Source: an uncultured Pseudomonadota bacterium
Lineage (GTDB): Bacteria; Pseudomonadota; Alphaproteobacteria; Rs-D84; CACZYB01
Assembly (NCBI GenBank): GCA_902785275.1
Contig: CACZYB010000001.1
Coordinates: 64,001-128,000, forward strand
DNA length: 64,000 nt
Direction: 5' to 3'
Shown: piece after piece, positions 53,012 to 61,747 of the stretch
How positions within the stretch are numbered: position 1 is the first letter of the stretch
Layout: every line of letters starts with the position of its first letter
Program-made: the position numbers and the translations under genes
The notes under the pieces: model-generated
Told to the model about the DNA's origin: nothing
The model's input: the letters and a program-made list of their open reading frames with translations, nothing else
Databases searched by the model: none

Positions 53012-54515
53012 TTGCTTCTATCAAATTTTCCGGTACAGAAAAAGTCTTTGCAAGCCACAATGCAACCGCCTTTTTATCAATCAAAGAGCTTGCCTCTGTC
53101 CCAAGTTCAGAAAGAATTTTCACCCAACTTAAAATATTTTCGGCATCTCTTACAGCCTGATTCTTTGCCAAAGGAGATTGATATTTTAAATCGACTTCAT
53201 GCCCATCAACATAAATATCTGAGATTTCACCTCTACGTTTCAAAATTGAAACAGCCCTTAAAATAACTGGTGTTAAGAATTCAGATTGCAACCTACCATA
53301 TGTCGCACCCAAAACACGACTCATATGATTTGTTCGCTCCATAACTTCTGTTGCAGTCATTTTCGAAGAGTTAAAAGTATAAAGTTGATCAATAAGCAAA
53401 CTATGATTTATCTTTGACCTTAAATCAGAAAGTATCAACTGAGATACATCAAAATCTGCCCCAGTCCTAAGTGGTGTAAGTCCACTTGAGCCAACAGCCT
53501 TTGGTATAATTGTCCCAGGTGCAAGCGTAATATTTTCTATATTAAGTACACCATCATCATCCGCCTGCCACACACCACTTACTGCAATAGATGCATTTTT
53601 TAATATAAGCTCGACAACCTTGTTCGCTGTTTTGATATCAGGCAATGCAACCATAACCGGAGATCTTCCATAAACTTCGGATGGAACTTTCATCCACCTG
53701 AAACAAATAAACGGTGAAACAGAAAATACTCCAGATTTAAGTACAAATTTTTCACCCTTCCCGAACACATTATTTTCATCCAAAGCAAATGCAACATAAT
53801 TATATCCTTGTTGACCACAAGCAGTAATTCGTGGCAAAACAGCCTCTATCACAACAATTTTTTCATCCGGATTTTTGTTAATATATGAAAGCTGTCTGTC
53901 ATCCAAATCTAAGCCTAAAAATCTTTGCTTTAAATCAAAAAGAGAAAGGCAAGATTTTCTAAACACAGTATCCAACTTTCCATTAACATTTTCCTCTAAC
54001 GCAATTTCATTCATTGGCACAGCCGTAAATTTAAACGCAGATGTATCACCAACTTGGTTTTCTTCCATAAGCATAACCGCAGTACCAATAGTCACCAAAT
54101 CCAAATAACATTGATGCGCTTCCACATAAAAATTTGACTTATCAAAATGAGATTGCAAAGTCCTTTGAATTTTATCCAACTCCTTAAACTTTTCATTTTT
54201 TCCATCATAATCAGAATTATCCGCATCAACTCCAAACCCAAGCCCAAACCATTGTGACCATGGCGGTGTAAGCTCAGAAAGGATACTTCCCGCCAACTGA
54301 TTCGTTGCATTCAACGCCGTTGAATCATAAATGTCGGAAAACTTTTTCTTTGGGTTTTGCATACCACTGAAAATCCCACTTTTATGAGGCAAAGCATAGT
54401 TGTAACATTCATTCCAATCTTGCTCCCACTCTGATCTTTTATTCATCGCGACAATATATTTTTCGTAAACTTTCTCAAGTTCTATTTCATCGACAACATA
54501 TTTATTTTCAATCAT
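53004..54515 (-). CDS. podovirus (T7 gp8-like) portal / head-to-tail connector
   Basis: IYDSTA, LTPPWSQWF, RW...EVYGRSP...ALPD.K, MTATEV.ER, GRLQSEFL.P, YQSPLA; 503 aa. Confidence 0.9.
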   Translation of the reverse strand: MIENKYVVDEIELEKVYEKYIVAMNKRSEWEQDWNECYNYALPHKSGIFSGMQNPKKKFSDIYDSTALNATNQLAGSILSELTPPWSQWFGLGFGVDADNSDYDGKNEKFKELDKIQRTLQSHFDKSNFYVEAHQCYLDLVTIGTAVMLMEENQVGDTSAFKFTAVPMNEIALEENVNGKLDTVFRKSCLSLFDLKQRFLGLDLDDRQLSYINKNPDEKIVVIEAVLPRITACGQQGYNYVAFALDENNVFGKGEKFVLKSGVFSVSPFICFRWMKVPSEVYGRSPVMVALPDIKTANKVVELILKNASIAVSGVWQADDDGVLNIENITLAPGTIIPKAVGSSGLTPLRTGADFDVSQLILSDLRSKINHSLLIDQLYTFNSSKMTATEVMERTNHMSRVLGATYGRLQSEFLTPVILRAVSILKRRGEISDIYVDGHEVDLKYQSPLAKNQAVRDAENILSWVKILSELGTEASSLIDKKAVALWLAKTFSVPENLIEANE

Positions 54516-54538
54516 TTAAAACCTCTTTTTCTGAAATT

Positions 54539-54574
54539 AAAAAAAATCCCTCTAAGAAAAATTTCTTAAAGGGA
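54539..54574 (-). terminator. terminator of ftsZ, directly upstream of the portal gene
   Basis: TCCCTCTAAGAAA-AA-TTTCTTAAAGGGA hairpin with an A-run on +. Confidence 0.6.
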
Positions 54575-54596
54575 GTTAAAAAAATTTTTAAATAAA

Positions 54597-56348
54597 TTAC
54601 TTATTATTCTTCTTAAACATAGCAGGAATTTCCAAAGTTTCCTTCATCTTTTTCAACATTTCAATAAGGTCAGTTTGTTGAGCTTCATTCTTTTGCTCAT
54701 CCATACTTCCTGCTAAAAAGACAACATTATCTTCTTCATGTTTTTCCTGCTTTGCCGAAGCCTTAACCTCTAAATCTTTTTGTAAAGAAAGCTTTGAGTC
54801 ATCATCCCCAAAAGTTTCTACATCATCAAAGAAATTATCTTCTTTTGATTCGCCAAGCATATCAAAGAATGATGAAAGAGGACTTTTCTTTTTTCCATTT
54901 CCCCCTTCCGGAGTAGTAGGATCATCGTCACCATTATCATCATCTTTTTTCACATCTTCGACATTTTGATTTTTCTTAACAATCTCTTGTGCTTCACGAT
55001 TTATAAAATCATCAATGCTAAGAGATTCATTCTTTTTCATAAATGCATCAAAGCTGTTATCATCAATTTTTTCTTCAAACAAACCTGTTGGTTCAGTCTT
55101 TTCATTATCCAAGACAAGTTCATTTGTACCAAGCTCAGATATTGCAATTTCTGGCTCTTTTTCAAATGTTTCGTTATTTATTGGTAAAGGTTTTTCCTCA
55201 ACAATTTTTTCTTCTGATTTTGATGCGACATCAGATATATTTGCAAAATTTTTCACACTATTCATATCTGATACAGAAGAATAATTTTTAGTACCAGTCA
55301 AAGGTTCCTTCACACTTGAATAATTCATAAAATCATTGGAAAAAGAAACATTGTTTGATACTGCCTTTGAAAGTCCAGTCGCAATAATTGCAACCTTCAA
55401 ATTGTTACCCATATTTGCATCAAAGCATGTACCAAGGTAAAAGTTTGTTTCGTCGCCATCAATTTCACGTCTTATACTATTCATTACCTCTGCAGGTTCA
55501 TCCAACGAAAGATTTTCTGGGTTCGCAGTAATATTTACCAAAACAGATTTTGCCCCTCTAATATCATTACCGGAAAGCATAGGATTTTGCAAAACGCCAC
55601 TTACCGCCTTAATCGCCCTGTCATCCCCAGTCTGTATCGAAGTACCAATAAGTGTTCGGCCACTTTCTTCCATAACGGCACGAATATCGGCAAAATCCAA
55701 ATTAATTGTCCCTGGGATACGTATCAAATCAGTAATATTTTTTACCCCTTCATAAAGCACATTATCAGAAACCTTAAACGCATTCAAAAATGTCATCTGT
55801 TTTCCGGCAACATGATAAAGGTTCTGATTAGGAAGTATGATATAAGAGTCAACATTAGGAACCAATTTTGCAATCGCATCGTTTGCAATTTTTTCCTTTT
55901 TCTTTCCTTCAAATTCAAACGGAGTAGTAATAATTGCAACAGTCAAAATACCCTTTTCCCTAGCAAGTCCAGCAATCACCGGCATAGCACCACTTCCGGT
56001 ACCACCACCCATACCTGCGGTTAGGAAAAGAATGTTTGTATTTTTAATAATATCAGAAATTTCGCCACTTGATTCTTCGGCTGCCTTCTGACCAACTTCC
56101 GGTTTTGAACCAGCTCCAAAGCCTTTAGTAGTCTGCTTTCCAAGTTGTATTTTCTTTTCCGCCTTTGATTGAATAAGTGACTGAGCATCAGTATTTGCCA
56201 CAACAAAATCAACGCCATCAATGCCCTGACTAATCATATTATTTACGGCATTACAACCAGCACCACCAACACCCATCACGGTAATCTTTGGAATAAAATT
56301 TTGAATTTCATCATCCGCAGATTTATATCCGAAATTTCCTTCAATCAT
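54597..56348 (-). CDS. ftsZ: cell division protein FtsZ with a long acidic linker
   Basis: GVGGAGCNAVNNM, AGMGGGTGSGA, PFEFEG, NLDFAD, C-terminal LEIPAMF. Confidence 0.97.
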   Translation of the reverse strand: MIEGNFGYKSADDEIQNFIPKITVMGVGGAGCNAVNNMISQGIDGVDFVVANTDAQSLIQSKAEKKIQLGKQTTKGFGAGSKPEVGQKAAEESSGEISDIIKNTNILFLTAGMGGGTGSGAMPVIAGLAREKGILTVAIITTPFEFEGKKKEKIANDAIAKLVPNVDSYIILPNQNLYHVAGKQMTFLNAFKVSDNVLYEGVKNITDLIRIPGTINLDFADIRAVMEESGRTLIGTSIQTGDDRAIKAVSGVLQNPMLSGNDIRGAKSVLVNITANPENLSLDEPAEVMNSIRREIDGDETNFYLGTCFDANMGNNLKVAIIATGLSKAVSNNVSFSNDFMNYSSVKEPLTGTKNYSSVSDMNSVKNFANISDVASKSEEKIVEEKPLPINNETFEKEPEIAISELGTNELVLDNEKTEPTGLFEEKIDDNSFDAFMKKNESLSIDDFINREAQEIVKKNQNVEDVKKDDDNGDDDPTTPEGGNGKKKSPLSSFFDMLGESKEDNFFDDVETFGDDDSKLSLQKDLEVKASAKQEKHEEDNVVFLAGSMDEQKNEAQQTDLIEMLKKMKETLEIPAMFKKNNK

Positions 56349-56551
56349 AACATCCCCCTTTTAATTTCTGCTTTTATTATACCATAAAAAAAGACAAAAG
56401 TTAAGTGTATAAAGCAAAAAAATCGAAAATATTTTAATTGACTTTTTGATTTAAATTTGATTCTTAAAATTTTCCCAAAACAACACCATATACAAAAGAT
56501 AAAAAACACCCCAAACGAAAGTCGTTCAGGGGCGAAATAATTTAAAAAAAA

Positions 56552-57199
56552 TTACTCAGTCAATGTAATATAGCTAAGCGCCCTTTGACAATCATCCACA
56601 CTATCCATAAGAGAGGCAACCTTTGTAACCGAAGTTGCAGAAAGTGCAACCGTCGCCAAATTCGCACCTGTCGCAACACCCGAAGCAATAGTCGAACCCA
56701 AACGATAGTTTTTCAACTTTTTATTATCTTCTTCAAAACTTTGACTATCTATACCTTTACTTTTCTTATCATTTTTTTGTTCTGTTTTATTCTCACCTTC
56801 GGTTTGAGTAGCTTCTGCACTAGATTCACCCTCTCCGCCCTTAGTACTTTCTGTATCGGTTTGAGTAGCTTCTGCACCAGATTTATCATCTCCGCCCTTA
56901 GTACTTTCTGTATTAGATTTATCAAAATTTGTTTCAATCATTTTTCCAGACAATTTTGCCGCCTTAAAAGAAGCTACTGTACCAACACCACTCGCAGCCA
57001 ATGCAACACCCGAAGAAATAGAAGAACCAACAGACTTTGATTTAATATCATTCAATGCGTTTTTATCAAACACACATAATGAAAGTATCGCCTCAATATT
57101 TCCTGCCTGATTTTTAATCTTATCCGAGGAAAGTTTTGCCTTTGCCCCAACAGGAGCAACCAAACTCAAAACCAATAAAATCACATAAAATTTTCTCAT
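56552..57199 (-). CDS. secreted protein, paralog family B (single hairpin unit)
   Basis: Signal peptide; LCVFD...SGVALAASGVGTVASF...IASGVATGANLA...DDCQRAL; ATGA overlap with the upstream gene. Confidence 0.8.
   Translation of the reverse strand: MRKFYVILLVLSLVAPVGAKAKLSSDKIKNQAGNIEAILSLCVFDKNALNDIKSKSVGSSISSGVALAASGVGTVASFKAAKLSGKMIETNFDKSNTESTKGGDDKSGAEATQTDTESTKGGEGESSAEATQTEGENKTEQKNDKKSKGIDSQSFEEDNKKLKNYRLGSTIASGVATGANLATVALSATSVTKVASLMDSVDDCQRALSYITLTE
56799..56912. repeat. in-frame tandem repeat, 2 x 57 bp (TESTKGGxxxSxAEATQTx)
   Basis: TCGGTTTGAGTAGCTTCTGCAC occurs at 56799 and 56856; TCTCCGCCCTTAGTACTTTCTGTA recurs with the same 57-bp period. Confidence 0.9.
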
Positions 57200-58902
57200 T
57201 CTTCTTCTCCATAACTTTCAACTTCTGCCTTATATTCATTATAACGAAGTTTAAGAGTGTTAATTTTTGATTCACAATCCCTAAGATTTTCTGCTGCCTT
57301 TGCCGCAGTATTCACAGCATGAATAGAGAATATCAACGAACCACCGGATGTTGCAAATGCCCCAGCATTAAGTCCAACCTGTACCCAATCCAAAGTATGT
57401 GAAGTCTTTACAGAAGATATAACATTTTTCTCTAATTTTTTATTCTCTTCTGCCGCATTCTTTGCATTTTCAAGTTCAGAAATTCTATTATTTACAGCAG
57501 TTAAATTTGATGTATAAACATTATAATTATTATTTTCTTTTCTGAAATTTGAATTTCCTTCTGCACTATTCCAAATACGAACTTGTTCTTCATTTGCCTT
57601 TTTACTCAAAGTTTTATATTTTTCCTCTCTAGCTTTCTCAAACTCAGTCTTCGAAGCATAAGGCAAACCATAAGATGCAACCAAAGAATTACAACGTCCC
57701 GCATTATTGTTAATAATTTCTGAATTTTGACAATTATAATTTTCATCAAATTTACAAATCTTGCAAGATACTATCTTATCTCCTTTATCATTCCATTTAA
57801 GATTACCGTCATCATACATTTCAAAAACAAATTTATTAAATTCTGTATTTACCTTATTTATTTCTTTTTCTACTTTTTCAGGATCAAAACCTAAATTTTT
57901 CTCCTCTGCAATTATTTTTTCCTGTAACTTTGTTCTTGCATCCCTCAAACATGCTAAAGACATAATATTAACACTAGTCATAGGTTCAGAAGAAACTTCT
58001 ATCTTTTTTTCTTTAGGGCACTTTTCATCTTTATACAAATCTTCTGATATATCTTCTCTCACAACATTTTTCAATTCGTTTCTTTTTGAAAGGTTACGGT
58101 TGACTTCATTTGTCTTCATCACATTTAAAACACCGACACCGGTTGCACCCGCAGACAAAGCCATACCACCAGCAGAAAATCCAGTTGACCAACCCAAATC
58201 ACGTTTCAACTTTTCCATATCATCATATACCGAAGAACAAGCGGATTTTGCATCTGCCACAGCCTTAACAATCTTTGGCACATAATCACTTACATCAACA
58301 TAGTTTTCATAATTAAATTGCATATAGGCAACATCAATATCTGACCTTACAATCTTAACACGTCTTGGATACGCAAATTTACTCAACGCATCCTTTGATG
58401 CTTCCTTTAACTCCAAAGTATAGGAATAAGTTGCAAGCAAAGGTTCACATTCAAAACCTGCCTCTGCAGTCTTTGTCATAATTTCACCCGCAGTTGAAAT
58501 TCCAGTCAATGTCATATAAGGACCGAAACAAAGCTTTTCATTTATCCCCTCTGACCCATTTGTTTTATAGTATGTCAAAACACTAGGAAGGAACATTTCC
58601 CCCAAATCATACTTTGTATCATACTTAAGTTTTGTTTCATAGGTCATAGAGTCCGCAATAAATCTGTGTGTTGAGGAAGTTATATCAGTAGTCGAGCTTG
58701 AAGACGAACTTGACGATGAAGTAGTTCTCGAAGCTCTTAAACTATCCGAAGAAGCTGAAGAAGTTGAAGACGATGAAGCCTTAACCTTTGATGAACGTTT
58801 GGATGAACGACTTGAACGTTTTTTCTCTTTCTTTGCACTTGCATCAAACGCAAACCCAAGGCACAAAGCCAAAACCAAACTTGAAACTATAACTCTTCTC
58901 AT
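57196..58902 (-). CDS. secreted protein, paralog family B (single unit with a large insert)
   Basis: AGGAG RBS before ATG 58902; signal peptide; K/R/S tract; ACSSV...SAGGMALSAGATGVG...KTSHTLDWVQVGLNAGA...RDCESKI. Confidence 0.8.
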   Translation of the reverse strand: MRRVIVSSLVLALCLGFAFDASAKKEKKRSSRSSKRSSKVKASSSSTSSASSDSLRASRTTSSSSSSSSSTTDITSSTHRFIADSMTYETKLKYDTKYDLGEMFLPSVLTYYKTNGSEGINEKLCFGPYMTLTGISTAGEIMTKTAEAGFECEPLLATYSYTLELKEASKDALSKFAYPRRVKIVRSDIDVAYMQFNYENYVDVSDYVPKIVKAVADAKSACSSVYDDMEKLKRDLGWSTGFSAGGMALSAGATGVGVLNVMKTNEVNRNLSKRNELKNVVREDISEDLYKDEKCPKEKKIEVSSEPMTSVNIMSLACLRDARTKLQEKIIAEEKNLGFDPEKVEKEINKVNTEFNKFVFEMYDDGNLKWNDKGDKIVSCKICKFDENYNCQNSEIINNNAGRCNSLVASYGLPYASKTEFEKAREEKYKTLSKKANEEQVRIWNSAEGNSNFRKENNNYNVYTSNLTAVNNRISELENAKNAAEENKKLEKNVISSVKTSHTLDWVQVGLNAGAFATSGGSLIFSIHAVNTAAKAAENLRDCESKINTLKLRYNEYKAEVESYGEEE

Positions 58903-59029
58903 ACCATTTCTCCTATAAATATACTCCCATGATACCATATTTTTAGGCATTGGTCAAAGATATTATTACATTTTTTTACTTTTTTTGTTGCGTTTTTATA
59001 AAATATCGGTTATAAGATACAAGTCCGAT

Positions 59030-59105
59030 GGCGAGGTAGCTCAGTTGGTAGAGCAAAGGACTGAAAATCCTTGTGTCGGCAGTTCGATTCTGCCCCTAGC
59101 CACCA
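59030..59105 (+). tRNA. tRNA-Phe(GAA)
   Basis: GGCGAGGTAGCTCAGTTGGTAGAGCAAAGGACT-GAA-AATCCTTGTGTCGGCAGTTCGATTCTGCCCCTAGCCACCA, followed by a terminator hairpin. Confidence 0.96.
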
Positions 59106-59199
59106 TAAAATCACACCCCACATATCCTGTGGGGCGTTTTTTTAAGAAAAATACCAAAACAAATTCGGGATGCCGATTTTATTTATTTGGGATAACTAT

Positions 59200-60558
59200 C
59201 TAATACATCGGCATTTTTGGAATTACTGTCCTTACCCAAATATAGCCACCATCATCTTTATAATTATTATTCTCCTTATCAACCTTACTCGCATATTTTC
59301 CATTACTTCCTTTAACAACAGTACAAACATATAAAAAAACTTTATCCCTAGGAAAAGATTCTATTTCATTATTCACAAAATAGTTAGCCCTCGATCCAAA
59401 ACCGTACTCATTTGAAATTTCAAACTTGAAATATTCATCACATTTAGGCCCCTCTGCTACAAAATATTTATCATTTTCATCCTTCTGTTTATCATGAAAA
59501 GATGCCGGTCCACCCTTTCCACCAAATGCAACAACTATTTTCCCTGACTTTATGGCGGAATATTTTTCATCCAAATCTCCATTTACAACAAAATATGAAG
59601 ACCACCCATCTTCACCTGCACTACATTGTCCTCTTGCAAATCTTGCAGTCATACCAAGTTCATATTCAAGAATTGCTGTACCTGATTTCACACAAAAGGA
59701 TACTACTTTTTCTTCACCTCGGCTCCCCAATGTTCCCCACTGTGATTTACAGTTATTTGATGGAGATCCACCTGAACCGCTAATCAGAACGTCATAACAA
59801 CCAACAGGAAGCTGCAAATTTCCTTTTTTTGCAGGATAAACTTTGCCCGGCTCAGGATTTTCTTCTGTCGTTGCCACAAAGTAAATTTTTTCCTTAACAT
59901 TAATATACTTATATTTTTCTTCTTCGGAAATTTCAGATTCCTTCTTTTCCTCCACAGTATTATTTTGTTGCTGTGCCTGAGCAACATTTTCTTCTACCAC
60001 AGGCTCAACCTTTGTTTCTTGAGCAACCTCTTTTACTTCCTCTTTCTTCTCCTCAACAACTGGTGTTTCTTGAGTTGTTGTAACGGTAGTAGTTGTTGTT
60101 TCAGTTGTTTGAACCGACGTTGTATCAACCGTTTGTGCAGGGGCAGTCTCCTGAACAGAAGCGACCTCTTCTTTAACATCATAATTCACAGTCGAACTTG
60201 TATTCTTACTTTTGTTTGACGAAGTTGATGACTGTTTCTTTGTATTGGACTTTTTTGATAACTTAGTTTTAGTAGAATTTTTCTTCGAGCTTGCAGAACG
60301 TTTCGAAGATTTCGCCGAAGATGACTTCTTCGAACTTGCAGAACGTTTGGATGACTTGCTTACAGAATTTGATTTTCTACTGGACGCCGAACGTTTTGAT
60401 GAACTTACAGAGGATTGCCTCCTACCGGAAACATTTTTTCTTTTTGCCAAAGTATCAAAACTTAAAAAAATTGAAACAACAAAAATCGATAAAACTAAGA
60501 TTTTACCTATATTTGCAAGGAGTTTACCCCCCCCGATTCGTCTATTTTGTCCAAACAT
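59200..60558 (-). CDS. secreted protein: K/S repeats, T/E-rich stalk and a C-terminal glycine-rich domain
   Basis: Signal/TM segment; SSKRSASS(R/K)K three times; LPVGCYDVLISGSGG...GEDG.SS...VAFGGKGG. Confidence 0.7.
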   Translation of the reverse strand: MFGQNRRIGGGKLLANIGKILVLSIFVVSIFLSFDTLAKRKNVSGRRQSSVSSSKRSASSRKSNSVSKSSKRSASSKKSSSAKSSKRSASSKKNSTKTKLSKKSNTKKQSSTSSNKSKNTSSTVNYDVKEEVASVQETAPAQTVDTTSVQTTETTTTTVTTTQETPVVEEKKEEVKEVAQETKVEPVVEENVAQAQQQNNTVEEKKESEISEEEKYKYINVKEKIYFVATTEENPEPGKVYPAKKGNLQLPVGCYDVLISGSGGSPSNNCKSQWGTLGSRGEEKVVSFCVKSGTAILEYELGMTARFARGQCSAGEDGWSSYFVVNGDLDEKYSAIKSGKIVVAFGGKGGPASFHDKQKDENDKYFVAEGPKCDEYFKFEISNEYGFGSRANYFVNNEIESFPRDKVFLYVCTVVKGSNGKYASKVDKENNNYKDDGGYIWVRTVIPKMPMY

Positions 60559-60675
60559 TTTTAATCCCTTCTCTCTGTTTTATTATGCTAGCATTTTATC
60601 ATATTTTAGGAATATTTGCAAGTAGAAAAAATATTCCCCTCACGTCTTGAATAGGAAAATAATAAAAAGCAAAAC

Positions 60676-61060
60676 GAATCCCTATTTTCCCTACTTTTTA
60701 CCTAATTTACTCCATATAAAAAGAGAATCGGATTGACAAAAATATTTAATCACACAAAAACAACAAAAATCTCGAAAAAAAGTGAAAAAAATTGATTTTT
60801 TTATTTGCTATTTTCAAATTAAATTGCTAAAAAATATCTGTGTTTCAACCGATTCGAGAATCGATTCTCTTTTTTTGCAAAAGGAATCGCTTTTTTAGGT
60901 GCTTTTTCTAGTGGATTTCGCACTAGACAATTTAATTTTGCGAAAGAATCTTTAAATTTTTATCTGTTTGATTTTACAGTAAAATTCTTTGATTTTTCTC
61001 CTCAAAAAAGTTGCCAAAAAAAGAATCGCTTGACTTTTTTTGTCGAGTAGTTTAAGAATC
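60676..61060. promoter_or_regulatory. cluster of nine GANTC (CcrM-type) sites
   Basis: GAATC/GATTC at 60676, 60725, 60851, 60858, 60863, 60884, 60946, 61023 and 61056. Confidence 0.7.
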
Positions 61061-61064
61061 TGGT

Positions 61065-61175
61065 TATGAAACAAATTTGATATATATTTTTTTAAGTTTG
61101 TTTTCAAAGTTATTCCCTGTTGCGTTCCTTTTCTCTCCTTTCCTCCTTCTCTCCTCGCAACAGGGGATTTTTTTT
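61065..61175 (+). ncRNA. candidate sRNA 1 with an anti-SD pyrimidine loop (5' end approximate)
   Basis: Promoter TTGACT(61030)-17/18-TAAGAAT; 5' hairpin GAAACAAATTT...AAGTTTGTTTTC; 13-bp stem 61112-24/61156-68 closing a 31-nt all-C/U loop; U-tract. Confidence 0.6.
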
Positions 61176-61318
61176 GCTCTCATAAGAAATATTCGAGTAA
61201 ACAACCTTGTTCTCTTCTAAACTCCTCACTAACAACGTTCGTCGTTAAGGTATCACAAGGACGTTTTCTCTCCTCGCAACAGGGGATTTTTTGTTCTCAT
61301 AAGAAATATTCGAGTAAA
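61147..61318. repeat. ~54-bp imperfect direct repeat (61147-61201, 61266-61318) flanking a palindromic spacer
   Basis: TTCTCTCCTCGCAACAGGGGATTTTTT..G.TCTCATAAGAAATATTCGAGTAAA occurs twice. Confidence 0.85.
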
Positions 61319-61511
61319 ATAATATTTTTCCCATCAAAACTTAAAAATCATTTAAATGAGCTACAATAAACTTATTCCTATTAACAAATAAATTTTCACC
61401 CTTCCCCACAAACACATCCTACAATCAAAATAAAGCTATATAACAAAAGCTTTCTTTCAATAGCATATTTAAAATAAGGATTGCTGGTTTGTATACTCGA
61501 CTGGCTTCGAT

Positions 61512-61642
61512 AAAAAAATATCCCTTAAGTCGAGGAGAGAGAGAAAATAAGGAGGGAATGACTTAAGGGATCTACTGGCTTTCACCAGACTTGCCGAAAT
61601 GAGGGGTCGTCTCGGCAAATAGTGTTTTCGTATTAACGAATT
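61512..61642 (-). ncRNA. candidate sRNA 2 with an anti-SD pyrimidine loop (5' end approximate)
   Basis: Consensus promoter TTGACA(61676-71)-16-TATAAT(61654-49); hairpins TTGCCGAGA...TTTCGGCAA and CTGGT-GAAA-GCCAG; perfect 12-bp stem ATCCCTTAAGTC/GACTTAAGGGAT with loop ATTCCCTCCTTATTTTCTCTCTCTCCTC; U-tract. Confidence 0.7.
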
Positions 61643-61747
61643 GCTTTCATTATACAAATTGTTTTATCTTTGTCAATATATTTTTTGAAAAAAATTTATA
61701 TTTGTATAATATTTTAATTTTTTCCCGTAAAATCAATATGTTTTATT

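Noticed and set aside
58985-59203. 72-aa ORF on +
   Set aside because: It overlaps tRNA-Phe and its terminator, so it is spurious.
61147-61318. CRISPR array
   Set aside because: Only two ~54-bp copies, the repeat includes a terminator arm, and there are no cas genes.
61512-61642. Known housekeeping RNA or riboswitch (tmRNA, RNase P, SRP, 6S, TPP etc.)
   Set aside because: None of their signature sequences is recognisable and there is no downstream ORF to attenuate; an Rfam search is still needed.
61469-61657. 62-aa ORF on -
   Set aside because: Its TTG start lies within the promoter itself and it runs through the terminator; the region is better explained as an sRNA.
60560-61740. Replication origin suggested by the long AT-rich, GANTC-dense intergenic region
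   Set aside because: I found no DnaA-box cluster in it (the perfect TTATCCACA I noticed, ~62235, is inside the terminase gene), the strand bias of flanking genes does not flip, and no origin-linked genes are adjacent.
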